Notes: a model not told the origin generated them from the sequence alone. A DNA stretch of 64,000 bases from the human T2T-CHM13v2.0 reference genome, Homo sapiens (GCF_009914755.1 NC_060940.1); one strand, 5' to 3'. Counted from the first letter of the stretch, positions 50,099 through 64,000 are shown. Numbers and translations: made by a program.

Positions 50099-51451
50099 AG
50101 TTGTTGATAACATACCCTTATTTTCCTTTTAATATCTATAGAATTTATTGTGTTCTCACTTCTCTTATCTGGTATTGGTAATTTTTTTTTCCTGATCAAT
50201 TTGGCAGGTGGTTTGTCAATTTTATTGACCTTCTTTAAGAACAAGCTTTTGTTTTCATTATTTCTCTATTAAATTTTTTAAAATTGATTTTTGATCTAGT
50301 CTTTATTATTTTCTTTCTTCTTTTGGTTGGGATTGAATTTTCTCTTACTTTTTTAGTTTCTTAAGGTAGAAGGGGAGGTTATTGATTTGAGAATTTTTTT
50401 TTTTGTAATGTGGATGTTCAGTGCTACAGATTTCCCTCTGAATACTTCTTTAGCTGCATCCTGCAAATCTTGGTATTGTGTTTTCATTTTAATTCAGCTC
50501 AAAATACATTCCAATTTCCCTTGTGATTTTTTCTTTGTCCCATGAGTTATTTAGAAGTGCATTATTTATTTTCCAAACATTGGGAGGTTTCTCAAATATC
50601 TTTCTGGTGTTTACTTATATTTCAATTATGTTTACAGAGAATACTTTATATAATTTCAGTTCTTTAAAATTTGTTAACATTTCTTTTTTTGGCCCGGAAT
50701 ATGATCTGTCTTGGATAATGTGTATATAAAGAGACTGTATATTTTACTGTTGTGGGTGAAGCATTTTATGTGTCAGTTTAATCATATTGGTTGATAGTGT
50801 CCTGCAAATCTTGTCTATCTTTACAATTTTCTGTCTACTTGTTCTATCAGTTACTAAGAGGGAAGTGTTGAAGTTCACAACTATAAACTGTAGAGTTTTT
50901 TTCCTTTTCTCTTCGAGTGCTATCAGTTTTTTCTTCATACATTTTGAAGCTCTGTTGTTAACTACATACACTTTCAGCATTGTGATGTCTTTTTGAAGAG
51001 TTGATCCCTTTGTCATTATGTGGTACCCTCTTTATCTCCAGAAATATTCCTTATTCTGAAGTCTGTTTTGTATATTTGTAAAACAACTCAAGCTCTCTTT
51101 TGATGATTGTTTTCATGATTCATCTTTATTCCTTTCCTTTAAATTTAATCTATGGCTTCATATATGAAGTTGGTTTCACATATCATTGGGTTCTGCTTTT
51201 TAATCCCATGTTACAATCTCTGTTTTATAATTGGTGTATTTAGACTGTTTGCTTTAATGTAATTATTGATATGGTTGGATGAAAATCTCCCATATTGCTA
51301 GTTTTCTATTCTGTTGTTTGTTTCATTTTTTTTTCTTTTTCTGGCTTCTTTTGAACTGAATATTTTTGTTTCCGATTTTCTGCACTATTAGCATATTATA
51401 CATTTTTGAAATCATTTTTAAGTGATTGCCCTAGGGTCAGCAATATACATC

Positions 51452-51830
51452 TATTATGGACCCAAATATTTGCGTCCCTACAAATTTCATATGTTGAAAC
51501 CCTAACCCTCACCATGATTATATTCAGAGATAGGGCCTTTGGGAGGTAATTAGTGTTAGAGGAGATCAATGAGGGTAGGGCCCTAGTCTGATTGGATTAG
51601 TGTCCTTATAGGAAAAGACACCAGAGAGCTTGTTCTTTCTCTCCCAACCATGCGAAGACAGCAAGAAGGTGGCTGTCTCCAAGTCAGGAAGAGAGCCCTC
51701 GCTAGAAACTTAATCAGCTGTCACAGTGAACTTGGACTTCCTTATCTCTAGAACTATGGGAAATAAATTTCTGTTCTTTAGGCCGCCAGTCTATGGTATT
51801 TTGTTATGGCAGCCTGAACGGACTGATACA
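51452..51830 (+). mobile_element. MLT1A-like solo LTR
   Basis: TTCATATGTTGAAACCCTAACCC...AAATAAATTTCTGTT...GGTATTTTGTTATGGCAGCCTGAACGGACTGATACA. Confidence 0.8.
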
Positions 51831-52819
51831 TTTTAAATTAATCAGAATCTACTTTAAAATAATACAATACTGCTTTACGTGTAGCGTAAAGATCTTACAG
51901 CACTATACTCCTAATACTTTCTTCTAAGTACTTTGGGAGGCCAAAGTCCTGGATTCCCAATACATTATGTTACTTTGACATATGCTGTTTTACATTGTTA
52001 TTATTTTTGCTTTGGGCAGTCAGTTTTCATTTAGACATAGAAGTAAAGAAACTAATTTTATATTTACTTTTATTCATTCCATTTCAGAGACTGTTTCTTT
52101 GTGTAGATCCAAGTTTCTTTTTGATGTCATATTCCTTCTGCCTGAAAAATTTCCTTTAAAATTTTTATACTGGTAAGAAATTCTCTTTTTTTTTTTTGTC
52201 TGAGAAAACCTTTATTTCTCCTTTATTTTTTGAAGATTTTTTCACTGGGTATCGAATTCTGGGTTGACCACTCCTCCCATTTAGCCCTTTAAAAAGTGTT
52301 ATTCCATTATCTTCAGGCTTGCATAGTTTCTGACAAGAAGTTTGCTGTAATTCTCATTTTTGTTTCTCTTCATGCAATGTGTCTTTCCCCCTCTAACTGC
52401 TTTCTAATATTTTCTCTTTGTCTTTCCTTTTTAGCAGTTTTATTAGGATGTGCATAGGTATGTTTGCTTGGTATCATCCTGCCAAACCACAGGTGTTGTC
52501 ATTAATTTTGAAATATTCTTCATCATTATTTTTTTGGATATTTTTCTACCTTGCTCTTCTTCTTTTCCTGGAAAATAAATGGGATTCTTTTTCTAGGATT
52601 CCAGTTACATGAATAATCAACTATTTGATATTTTCCTACAGCTCTTGGATGCTACATTCTATTTTTTTCTCTCTCATTTTCCTCTTCAAGTTTTAGTTTG
52701 GGTAATTTCTATTGATGTATAGTCAAGTTCACTAATTTTTTTTCAGCTGTGTCAAGTCTATTGATTAGCCTGTTGAAGGCATTCTTCACCCCTGTTGCTG
52801 TGTTTTTTCTTTCTAGCAC

Positions 52820-53123
52820 TTCTTTCTTTCTTTCTTTCTTTTTTGAGATAGGGTCTCACTCTGTTGGCCAGGCTGGAGTGCAGTGGCATGATCTCACCTC
52901 AGTGAAGTCTCAACCTCCTAGGCTCAAGCAATCCTGCTTTGGCCCCCTGAGTAGCTGAAATCACAGGTGCACACCACCATGCCTGGCTAATTTTTAAATT
53001 TTTTGTAGAGATGGGGTCTTGCTGTGTTGCCCAGGCTGGTCTCAAACCTTTGGGCTTAAGTGATCTTCCCACTTTGACCTCCTGAAGTACTGGGATTACA
53101 GGCATGAGCCACTGCACCTGGCC
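52820..53123 (-). mobile_element. AluJ-like
   Basis: Reverse-complement Alu. Confidence 0.88.
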
Positions 53124-53499
53124 TTAATTATTTCTTATAACTTCCATCTGTCTGCTGAAATAATAATTCGTCTGATTTTGCATGCTGTCCATCTTTCTGC
53201 TATAGCCATTAACACAATTATTTAAAATTCCCTGTCAGTTTCAGCATGTGTCATATATGAGTCTGAATCTGTTGATTACCTTGTCTCTTGACAGTATTTT
53301 TTTTGCTTGTCTTTTTCGTATGCCTAGTAGTTTTGATTGAAAGCCAGATAGCATTAGTATTGTAGAGACTGAAGCAAATAGTTTTTATCATGGAAATGTG
53401 CATGCCTTTCCTTCTGCTAGGCCTTTAGTATAGTGGTTGAGTCAACCTAGCCATGAGCTGAGTTGGGTTTGGAATTTATTTTTTTCTGTGGTTATCATC

Positions 53500-54672
53500 T
53501 CTCTTAATTTGCTAGGGTTGCTGTAACAAAGTAACAAATGGAATGGCTTAAACCAGGCTTCCCCAACCCCCAGGCCTCAGCCCAGTACTGGCCAGTGGTC
53601 TGTTAGGAACTGGGCTGAGCAGCAGGAGGTGAGCAGTGGGTGAGTGAGCATTACCACTTGAGCTCTGCCTCCTGTCAGATCAGTGGTGGCATTAGGTTCT
53701 CATAGGAGCGTGAACCCTATTGTGAACTGTGCATGCCCTCGAGGGATCTAGGCTGTGCACATCTTATGAAAATCTAACTAATGCCTGATGATCTGAGGTG
53801 GAACAGTTTCATCCTGAAACCTCCCTTCCCCATCCATGGAAATATTATCTTCCATGAAACCAGTCCCTGTTTTCAAAAAGGAAAGGCTGGGGACTGCTGG
53901 CTTAAACAACAGAAATTTATTGTTTCACAATTCTGGATGATAGAAGTCTTAAATCAAGGTGTTGGCAGGGCTGGTTCCTTTTGAGGGTTGTGAGGGAAGG
54001 ATTTGTTCTAGTTTCTCTGCTTGGCTTGTAGACAGCCACCTTCTTCCTGTGTCTCTTCATATCACTTTCTGTTTGTCTGTTTCTGTGTCCAGATTTCTCT
54101 TTTTTTATAAGGACACCAGTCATATTGAATTAGGGCCCACTCTAATGACCTCATTTTAACTTGCCTACCTCTGTAAAGATTCTGTCTCCAAGTAAGGTCA
54201 CAGGCTGAGGTCCTTGGAGTTAGGACTCCACCATATCTCTCTTTTAGTTCTGCGTATTGAAGATGGATGCCTTACAGAGAGGTAAGAGACTCAAGTTCCC
54301 TTCCTGGCTTAAGTCCTGGAAGCCGTCTAAGAAAGATTACCCATGCCCTTTGTTCTGAAGAGAAAAAGCATAGACATCTTTTGCTATGGTTTGTTTGTTA
54401 ATTAGGATAGTTGGTAAGAGTTTATACTCACCTGTACCCAAAAGAGAAAGGACTGAGGAGGGAAGTGTTGACTGGTTAGCTCTATTACCTTTTGAAATTA
54501 AAACCTATCCCTCTACTTACCCCTGTCCTCAGGCTAGGCTCAGTAGGTGGTCTCCTAGCCATCTGTCTCATATTACCTCTTGTGCCAAATAAATACTTAA
54601 AAAATTTATGATAAGAAACACTTGAAATTTACCAACATATCTTTTTTTGGGGGAAACAATTCAAACATCCTC
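53500..54672 (-). mobile_element. MLT1C-like LTR interrupted by MER1B and a non-repeat insert
   Basis: GCTAGGGTTGCTGTAACAAA...CAAGGTGTTGGCAGGGCTGGTTCC...AAGGACACCAGTCATATTG; terminal CAACATATCTTTTTGGGGGAAACAATTCAA at 54633-54664. Confidence 0.78.
53554..53899. mobile_element. MER1B (hAT-Charlie) with perfect 8-bp TSD
   Basis: CAGG..CCCCAACC...GGGGACTGCTG; TSD GCTTAAAC at 53546-53553 and 53900-53907. Confidence 0.9.
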
Positions 54673-54723
54673 GATATACCGTAGGCTTCAAATTCCTCTG
54701 GTTTTTCTTTTTATTTAAGATAG

Positions 54724-55245
<522 letters not shown>

Positions 55246-55293
55246 TAGAGGAGATATATATTTTTTAAGTTAATCCCAAATGTGATAGTATAA

Positions 55294-55602
<309 letters not shown>

Positions 55603-55800
55603 GGAAGGAGATCTCTAATCGTCTAGGCTCAGCATGTGTTCTTGCCTCTTCCCCAGGAGTGGAGGTGTTTTGTTGTTTTTTTTCTGTTCCCTTCTCTCAG
55701 ATTCAGTAGATTTTTTCATGTATGCTCTAGGGATGATAAAGCCTAATACTTTATGAGATAGAGATATGGTAATAACAATAGCAACGCTACAGGGATTTTT

Positions 55801-55890
55801 TTTTTTTTTTTTTTTGAGACAGAGTCTCACTCTGTTTTTCAGACTGGAATGCAGTGGCACAATCATAGTTCACTGCAGCCTTGAACTCTT
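55801..55890 (-). mobile_element. Severely 5'-truncated Alu with TSD
   Basis: TSD CTACAGGGATTTTT (55787-55800) / CTATAGGGATTTTT (55891-55904). Confidence 0.85.
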
Positions 55891-56427
55891 CTATAGGGAT
55901 TTTTATGATAAAATAGTAAGATTTAAGTTTAAAGCAATTTATTCATATTTAATAGATAGTTGCATATTGCATTTCATTCAATAGTTTCTTTCCCCCACAT
56001 CTTCACTTTATTTGCAAGGCTGAGCTCTTACCATTTACATCTCCATCTAAGTCATTACAAGTGCTGATTATTACAAGTCCTGAACATAATGACACACATG
56101 AACAGTTTTCAGAAAAACAAAAAATATCTTATAGAATATACCTATTTGATTTAAATTCTATTCAGTATTACTTGATTTGGGGTGAACATTCCGGCAAGCC
56201 CTTCTTCTTGGCAATTGGAATGTGGTACAATGCCCCTGAAACAATGTTGTTTCTGGTGGGATATTTGCACAAGGCAATGAAGATGGGGGAAAATCTACAT
56301 TACAGTTTAGAGTTGAGGTCATTAATGGAAGGTGAATTGTAAGGCTGTAGGCTATTCAAGTTAAGACTCCAACCATAGGCAGTGTAGTAAGTGAGTAAGC
56401 CTAGTGTTATTTAAGAAAACTCCATGA

Positions 56428-57240
56428 CTATTCACAATAGCAGAGACCTAGAATCAACCTAAATACCCATCAATGGTAGACTGGATAAAGAAAATGTGGT
56501 ATATATACACCATGGAATATGATGCAGCCATAAAAAATAATGAGATCATGTCCTTTGCAGCAACATGGATGGAGCTGGAGGCCATTATCTTAAGTGAACT
56601 AACACAGGAACAGAAAACCAAATGCCACATATTCTCACTTATAAGTGGGAGCTAACCATCGAGCACACATGGAAACAAAGAAAGGAATGGTATATACCAG
56701 CTCCTAATTTAAGGTGGAGGGTGGGAGGAGAATGAGGATTGAAAAACTACCTATTGGATACTTTGTTAGTCCATTTTCATACTGCTGCTGATAAAGACAT
56801 ACCTGAGACTGGGCAATTTACAAAAGAAAGAGTTTTATTGGACTTACAGTTCCACATGGCTGGTGAAGACTCACAATTATGGTGGAAGGCAAGGAGGAGC
56901 AAGACACATCTTACATGGATGGCAGCAGGCAAAGAGAGAGCTTGTGCAGGGAAACTCCCGTTTATAAAACCATCAGATCTCGTGAGACACATTCACTGTC
57001 ACGAGAACAGCACAGGAAAGATCCGCCCCCACGATTCAACTATCCCCGACTGGGTCCCTCCCACAACAGGTGGGAATTGTGGGAGCTACAAGATGATATT
57101 TGAGTGGGGACAGAGCCAAACCATATCAGGTACTATTCTGAATTCTGGGTGAGGAAATCTGTACACCAAACCCCAGTGACACACAATTTACCTGTATAAC
57201 AAACCTACACATGTAGCCCTGAACCTAAAATAAAAATTTT
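56428..57240 (+). mobile_element. L1 (old PA/PB) 3' end interrupted by THE1
   Basis: ORF 56473..56655 VDWIKKMWYIYTMEY; 3' UTR ending CCCTGAACCTAAAATAAAA. Confidence 0.87.
56762..57128 (-). mobile_element. THE1 (THE1A/B-like) solo LTR
   Basis: TTAGTCCATTTTCA...GGACTTACAGTTCCACATGGCTGG...AGCCAAACCATATCA; 5-bp TSD GATAC / GGTAC. Confidence 0.9.
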
Positions 57241-58332
57241 TTTTAAAAGGCTGTGGACACTTTGAGGACCCCATGACCAGTTGAAGTGAAATACAGTTCA
57301 GGGAGTGATTGATATGAGAGAATGTAGGGGGAAGGGGACATTCTGATGGTGAAGTGAAAGGTACGGTTATCTACCATGTGCTTTGGCTTACAAAGTTCAT
57401 GCCCCATCATTTCTACCTCCAGGATTTGAGCAAAAACCAAGACAAATATGTATTTATTTCTTCCCAATGTGCTAGACTGGTGTACAGAATGGGGGTAGAA
57501 AGAAAACTGGGGAAAAGTATGGTGCGTGTACAAGAAAGAACACTTATTTCTGACATCTGTGATACAGAGAAATATTAGGCAATGTACCTCTTGATTTCCT
57601 AATTCCCTGGTGAAAAGAAGATTAATCCTTTTTTAGGTAATTAATAGGAGCACTGAACCTTTTGTTCACCTGTATACAAATCATTAACAGAGCAAGGTAC
57701 CAGCTGGAGGCAGGTAATTTTCCAGCTCCTCCAGAGAATTCTTTGGGGATGAATATTTTTCCTATTTTCAAGCTGCATTGTTATTAAAAAAGGGAAGTGC
57801 ATTTGAACACCCATGTTTAGCTAGCTTTGTTATACCAGTGTCTTAGTAGAGTGCCCCAAGTGACCTATTCCATGGATTATATGAATTTACTCATTCTTGA
57901 GGCCCATTTTAATTCCTTATCAGCTGAATTCAGCCTTCAGTTTTTCCTCTCTACTGTTTCCTTTCTATTTCTCTCAAACACCATAGGCTGTGGCCAAGAT
58001 TGATGGTCTAGCCCAGGTCCTTCACATTATCCCATATCAGACTCAATCCCCACAGGGACTGGGTCACCCTTTGGGAACAGGAGTGTCACTGACCCAAAAT
58101 TTGGGCCCTCTTTAATTTTTCAAATGTTTCTGCTGATCTTCAGGTATGAAGACGGGTGAGCTTCTCTATGAAATTCTTGAGTGCTTTAGAAAAACCGACA
58201 TTCAGTAGTCCCATGAATGAAAGCCAGCCTGTGTAAGGATATTGCTTTCTGTCCTTGCTTCCTCTTCATCAGCTTTGAGTATCCACTATTTGCTAAGTTC
58301 ATAACCATTTGGTTTTAAGAGTGAAGACTCTT

Positions 58333-58580
58333 CTTTTTTTTTTTTTTAATGTGTAGATAATTTGCATTTATTTGCACTTTGAAATAGTCTCTTTTTTTTA
58401 ATTATACTTTAAGTTTTAGGGTACATGTGCACATTGTGCAGGTTAGTTACATATGTATACATGTGCCATGCTGGTGCGCTGCACCCACTAACTCGTCATC
58501 TAGCATTAGGTGTATCTCCCAATGCTATCCCTCCCCCCTCCCCCCACCCCACCACAGTCCCCAGAGTGTGATATTCCCCT
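58333..58580 (-). mobile_element. Young 5'-truncated L1PA2-type insertion with 3' transduction
   Basis: L1 3' end 58392-58580 nearly identical to young L1s (GAG rather than ACA diagnostic); perfect 16-bp TSD AAGAGTGAAGACTCTT at 58317-58332 and 58581-58596. Confidence 0.93.
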
Positions 58581-58883
58581 AAGAGTGAAGACTCTTTAAA
58601 TTTAGTTAAGATTAAACGGAAAAGGATAGAAGAGCATCACAAGAATACAAAACCAGGCCTCATAAATGTCTGGAATGAATACACTGAAAAGCCAGTGGGA
58701 ACCATGGCAGCTTTTCTACTCCTTATTCTCTCCTTCTCCCTTTCCTCCTCTTCTTCCCCCTCTTCAAAACATGTGCTAATCTCTAGTTTAAGACTCTATA
58801 TGGAAATCAAGTGGTCAGGGGATGAATGTGGGAGGAAGCAACTGGTTATATTCTGGAGATATCACCTCCCCCTGCCCCCCCCC

Positions 58884-59180
<297 letters not shown>

Positions 59181-60247
59181 TGAAAGGTGCTTTCTTTAGC
59201 TCCTCCTTCCTCTTGCCCCATCCCAAAGAGCTCTGTTTACAGGCTTGGATTCCTTTTCAGCAGTCCTTTAGACTCATAATAGAACAGAGATTTATTCTAA
59301 CATTAATTCAACAAACGTTTCCTGAATGCCTAGGTTCTGATGATACAGAGATAAATGAGAGAGTGCCTTCCCTTGAGGAGCTAAGAGTTAGTAGAAAAAC
59401 TTCCAGTGAATTGACTTGGCGAGAGGTTTTTTGCTCAGATTCATGGAGGGAAACAACTCTCCCCTTTTTTGAAAATTCAAACTTTGTTTTTATAAGTGTT
59501 ACAAAGGTCCTGCTTGAACCTAAAATGGCACAGCTGTTGGTAGGGTGTGTCATTGGCCAGGTGTGCTGAAATAGTCTGTCTTGGATGTTCCAAATACTCC
59601 TTAATTCAAGAAGACTGAACTCATCATTTACCACTTCCTTCCACCTCTTGACACACACTGGCAAGCAAACATGCAGAAAAAGGCATCACAATTCTCCCAG
59701 CTGTACAAGTTGGAAACATAGGAGATATTCTCAATGTATGCCTCATTGCCACACCCAGTTAATCTTGTTCATCTAGTTAGTCCTTTTTATTTTGCGAATA
59801 CATCATCTCTTGTAGCTGCTTCCTCCTCTTTAACTCTTCCGGTATCACCTTCAGACACTCATTATCTCTCACTTAAATCACTGTCACTGTCGCTACCTAA
59901 CTGGTCTCACAGCTTCCAATCAATCCTCCTTCCATCTGTTCTCCAGGCATAGTGTCTAACAAACAGTGGTTGTTGTTAAAGCTGGACAAAAAGAAACTTG
60001 GATGGTGAGTTTTAGTTACCTTGCCCCAGATTATTATCTGTGAAGACTCAGAGTCTCTGTTTTATTTTTTATTTGATCATCTCTAGATCCATTATCAGTG
60101 CTAATATACTGATAGTATTTATATTTTCCATTCATTGAGAACAAATTGTTGAGCTATTTTAAATGAATTTTTTAATTAAAACCTTATATATAGATATTAC
60201 AAATGTGTACAAAACATTATTCCTTCAATCTATAGACTGTCTTTTGG

Positions 60248-60420
60248 AAAATCAAACATCGTATGTTCTCACTCATAAGTGGGAGGATGCAAAGGCATAA
60301 GAATGACACAGTGGACTTTGAGGACTCGGGGGAAAGGGTGGGAAGGGGGTGAGGGATAAGACTACAAATAGGGTGCAGTGTATAGTGCTCAGGTGATGGG
60401 TGCAGCAAAATCTCACAAAA
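60248..60420 (+). mobile_element. L1 (L1MA1-3/PB-like) 3' UTR fragment
   Basis: AAACATCGTATGTTCTCACTCATAAGTGGGAG...GGTGATGGGTGCAGCAAAATCTCAC. Confidence 0.8.
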
Positions 60421-60805
60421 AATCTATGGACTATTATCTTTTGAATAGAAATTCACATACTATGTGTAATATCTAGATAGCTCCTAACATAAACTTGTGG
60501 ACTAAATTATAGAAATCACTATTCTGGACAATGTCCCTTTCATGGTAAAACAAAATACAGCCTTTCTCTGGTAAATAATAAGGTGTAAATCTTCCTCCCA
60601 CCGTGCCCTGCTAATTGCATTTGATGATAAGTGGATCCCCATGCATAAGATTCAATCATTTAATTGGTCTAAAACTCTCTTTCTAGCTTATTCTGTTACT
60701 CCCTGATAAACCCTCTAAATTCTCATTATACTGCATACTTTTATCATAGGGTGTGCGTAAACATTTCCTGACTCTGTATCTTTGCTTATGCTTCCTTTGA
60801 CTGGT

Positions 60806-61565
<760 letters not shown>

Positions 61566-61605
61566 TGAAATATTACCCACTTCAATTCAATGTATATATA
61601 AAACT

Positions 61606-62003
61606 TGTCTTAGTCTGTTTTGTGCTGCTATAACAGAATACCACAGACTAGGTAACTTATGAAGAACAGAAATTTATTTCTCACAGCTCTGGAGGTTGGG
61701 AAGTTCAAGATGAAGGCACTTGCAGGCGTGGTGCCTTGTGAAGGCCCAGTCTCCACTCCCAAGATGGCGCCTTGACGGCTGCATCCTTTGGAGGTGGGAA
61801 ACTGTTCCTCACATGGCAGAAGAGTGGAAGAGCTGAGACAAAAGGGACCAAACTCACACTTTTATGACAGCAGTAATTCCACCCATGGGGACAGAGCCCA
61901 CATGGCCCAGTTACCTCTTAAAAGCCCCACCTCTCAACACTGTTACGATGGTAACTAAATTTCAATGTGAGTTTTGGAAGGGACAGACATTCAGACCATT
62001 ACA
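61606..62003 (-). mobile_element. MST-type (MSTB-D) solo LTR
   Basis: TGTCTTAGTCTGTTTTGTGCTGCTATAACAGAATACC...ACATTCAGACCATTACA. Confidence 0.85.
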
Positions 62004-63049
62004 AAACCTTTCCAAGATCCTTTTTCAGTGGATTGTATTCTCTTTCCATTGAAGCAACTGAGTTTTCTATTTTCTTCCATTCTTCTTCTGCCAGTACTTA
62101 TGGGTAGAAGAGCCTACTATGTGCCATGGGGACTACAAACATGAGTTTCTTCCCTAAAGGATTCTACTGTCCTCTAGAGAAGACACACACATTACTCACA
62201 TCCTTATAGTTAGAGTCACTTAATATTATCTTCTCTGGTAGACCACAGTGATCTTGATATTACAAATTATATTTTAACCACCTTTGTGTTCTTCTTCAGC
62301 ACATACTACATCAATTATCAATTATAGTGAGTGCTTACAATATTTGATAAATGAAGGAATACAGTAGGTAATACTTATTGTATACTTACTAAGTGAAGGT
62401 TGCTAGGGTAGGTATAAAGTGGGGTGGCAAAAGAACAATAAGATGTGGCCTTTAGTGCTGGGTAACTCCTCTGTTTGTTGTTGCATATTCCTACAAATAA
62501 AACAAAAAAATTTTGTCTTCAAATACATAAAAAACAATAAGCCAACTCTGTACCATTCCCTAAATGCATGCTTGGGGTGGAGGTGCAGAGAGGTGGATTG
62601 TGCAACTTTGCTAGGTGACTATCTGCTCATTTAGATGTAAGTTCTGGTCTTTTTGTTGCATTTCCAGTGTGGCAGGACAAGACTTTAAAGTATTTGTGTG
62701 GTGCAGAATAGGGGTTAGTTGGGGCCAGTATTTATACAAGCAATGAATTTCCAGTAATTTAGGAAAGAATGCTAACTATAGCCTGAGAAACAAAGAAGAA
62801 TTATAGAGTCAGGTGAGCACAGGGCCTGAAGCACAGTTAGGGCTCAATCAATATTTGTTAGGAAGGAAGAAAGGAAGAAGAAAGAAAGGAAACAAGCGAA
62901 GGCAACCACCATGTGTCTAAATAAACAGAAGCAACTGAGTAAGAGCAAGACCAAAATTGAGTCAATAAATGTGAACCAAAATTAGAAAGCAGTAAGGCAA
63001 ATGAGATATTACTCTTATAATTATTATTTTATTAACAATACTATAACAA

Positions 63050-63230
63050 CTTAATGTGTTTTTCTTCTTGCACTAGGAATCTCACATATATTAACACATT
63101 TATTATTTAGAAGAGCATTTAATTAGAGCTACCATTGTAATTACTTTATGGATGAAGAAATTAGGCTTAGAGGGAAAAGAAGTTTGCCAAAGCTCGCACA
63201 GGTAGCAAATGGCAAATGTGGCATCCTGTC
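63050..63230 (-). mobile_element. MIR remnant
   Basis: TTTATGGATGAAGAAATTAGGCTTAGAG...TTTGCCAAAGCTCGCACAG. Confidence 0.55.
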
Positions 63231-63502
63231 CTCTAAATTATTCAAGATGAGACTCTTCCTGGAGAACATAGATGCTGATCATACCTAGGCCACATCACCT
63301 CAACCCATCCTTTTCAGCCCAGTGGAGGTGGACAGTTCCTGTTCCTGCCCCTATCTCACTCAAGCATTTCCATGTGGGTCATATTCTCTTCTGCCTCAGG
63401 ACTCTCTCGAAAGCCATGGAAGGATAGTCAACTGCCTTATCCCAGATGTGCAAGAGAACAATCCTTCAACAGGGAACGAGAGCTGGTTGAAAAGTCACCA
63501 GA

Positions 63503-63797
63503 GGCTGGGTGTGGTGGTTCATGCCTGTAGTTCCAACACTTTAGGAGACCGAAGCAGGAGATTTACATGAGGCCATGAGTTTGAGATCAGCCTGGGCAAC
63601 ATAGCAAGACCCTGTGTCTCCAAAATAAAAATAACTAGGCACAGTGGCATGTGCCTGTGGTCCTAGCTACTTGGAAGGCTGAGGTGGGAGATTTGCTTGA
63701 GCCCAGGAGTTCAAGGCTGCAGTAAGCTATGATTGCATCGCGGCACTCCAGCTTGGGTGACAAAGAACGATTCTGTCTCAAAAAAGAAAAAAGAAAA
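63503..63797 (+). mobile_element. AluJ-like with TSD
   Basis: TSD AAAAGTCACCAGA / AAAAGGCACCAGA. Confidence 0.88.
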
Positions 63798-64000
63798 AGG
63801 CACCAGACTGTTGCCCTTTAGCTGCACAATTCTACATGGGTTCTCAGAAGTTCCCTGGTAGTTCTGAGCTCCAGTTGACCGAAAGGTAAACAGCTCAATA
63901 ACCCAGACCTGCTTTCTCCTCATTCCTGTTTTGCTCCTGGCCTTCCACACTCCTGCTTCTGACATCACCTGCACTCTAATCCTTGTCTCAGGTTCTGCTT

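Overview
Primate (human-like) non-coding DNA made mostly of interspersed repeats. It holds about 50 Alu copies or fragments, many L1 fragments, one full-length but disabled L1PA (30180-36314, minus), a complete two-LTR MaLR provirus, several solo LTRs (two LTR12/ERV9, a MER52/LTR27-like LTR, THE1, MST/MLT1), MER1/MER20/Tigger DNA transposon relics, and MIR/L2/L3 remnants. Recognisable gene-derived sequences are a processed GEMIN8 pseudogene (about 26681-28146, +, interrupted by an Alu) and a full-length 7SL RNA pseudogene (20797-21094, +). No intact protein-coding gene is supported; the long ORFs in the track come from Alu, L1, LTR or the pseudogene. Best observations: (1) three L1-machinery insertions at the same homologous nucleotide of the two LTRs of one MaLR provirus; (2) a young L1PA2-type insertion carrying a 44-nt 3' transduction inside a hairpin-forming target-site duplication (TSD); (3) an unexplained ~390-bp TSD-flanked insert in an MLT1 LTR; (4) strong minus-strand bias of retroelements, plus a sense LTR12 promoter and candidate + strand exons, suggesting an intronic or lncRNA transcription unit. 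I found no convincing new biological system. Subfamily calls and most repeat boundaries were made by eye and are approximate.
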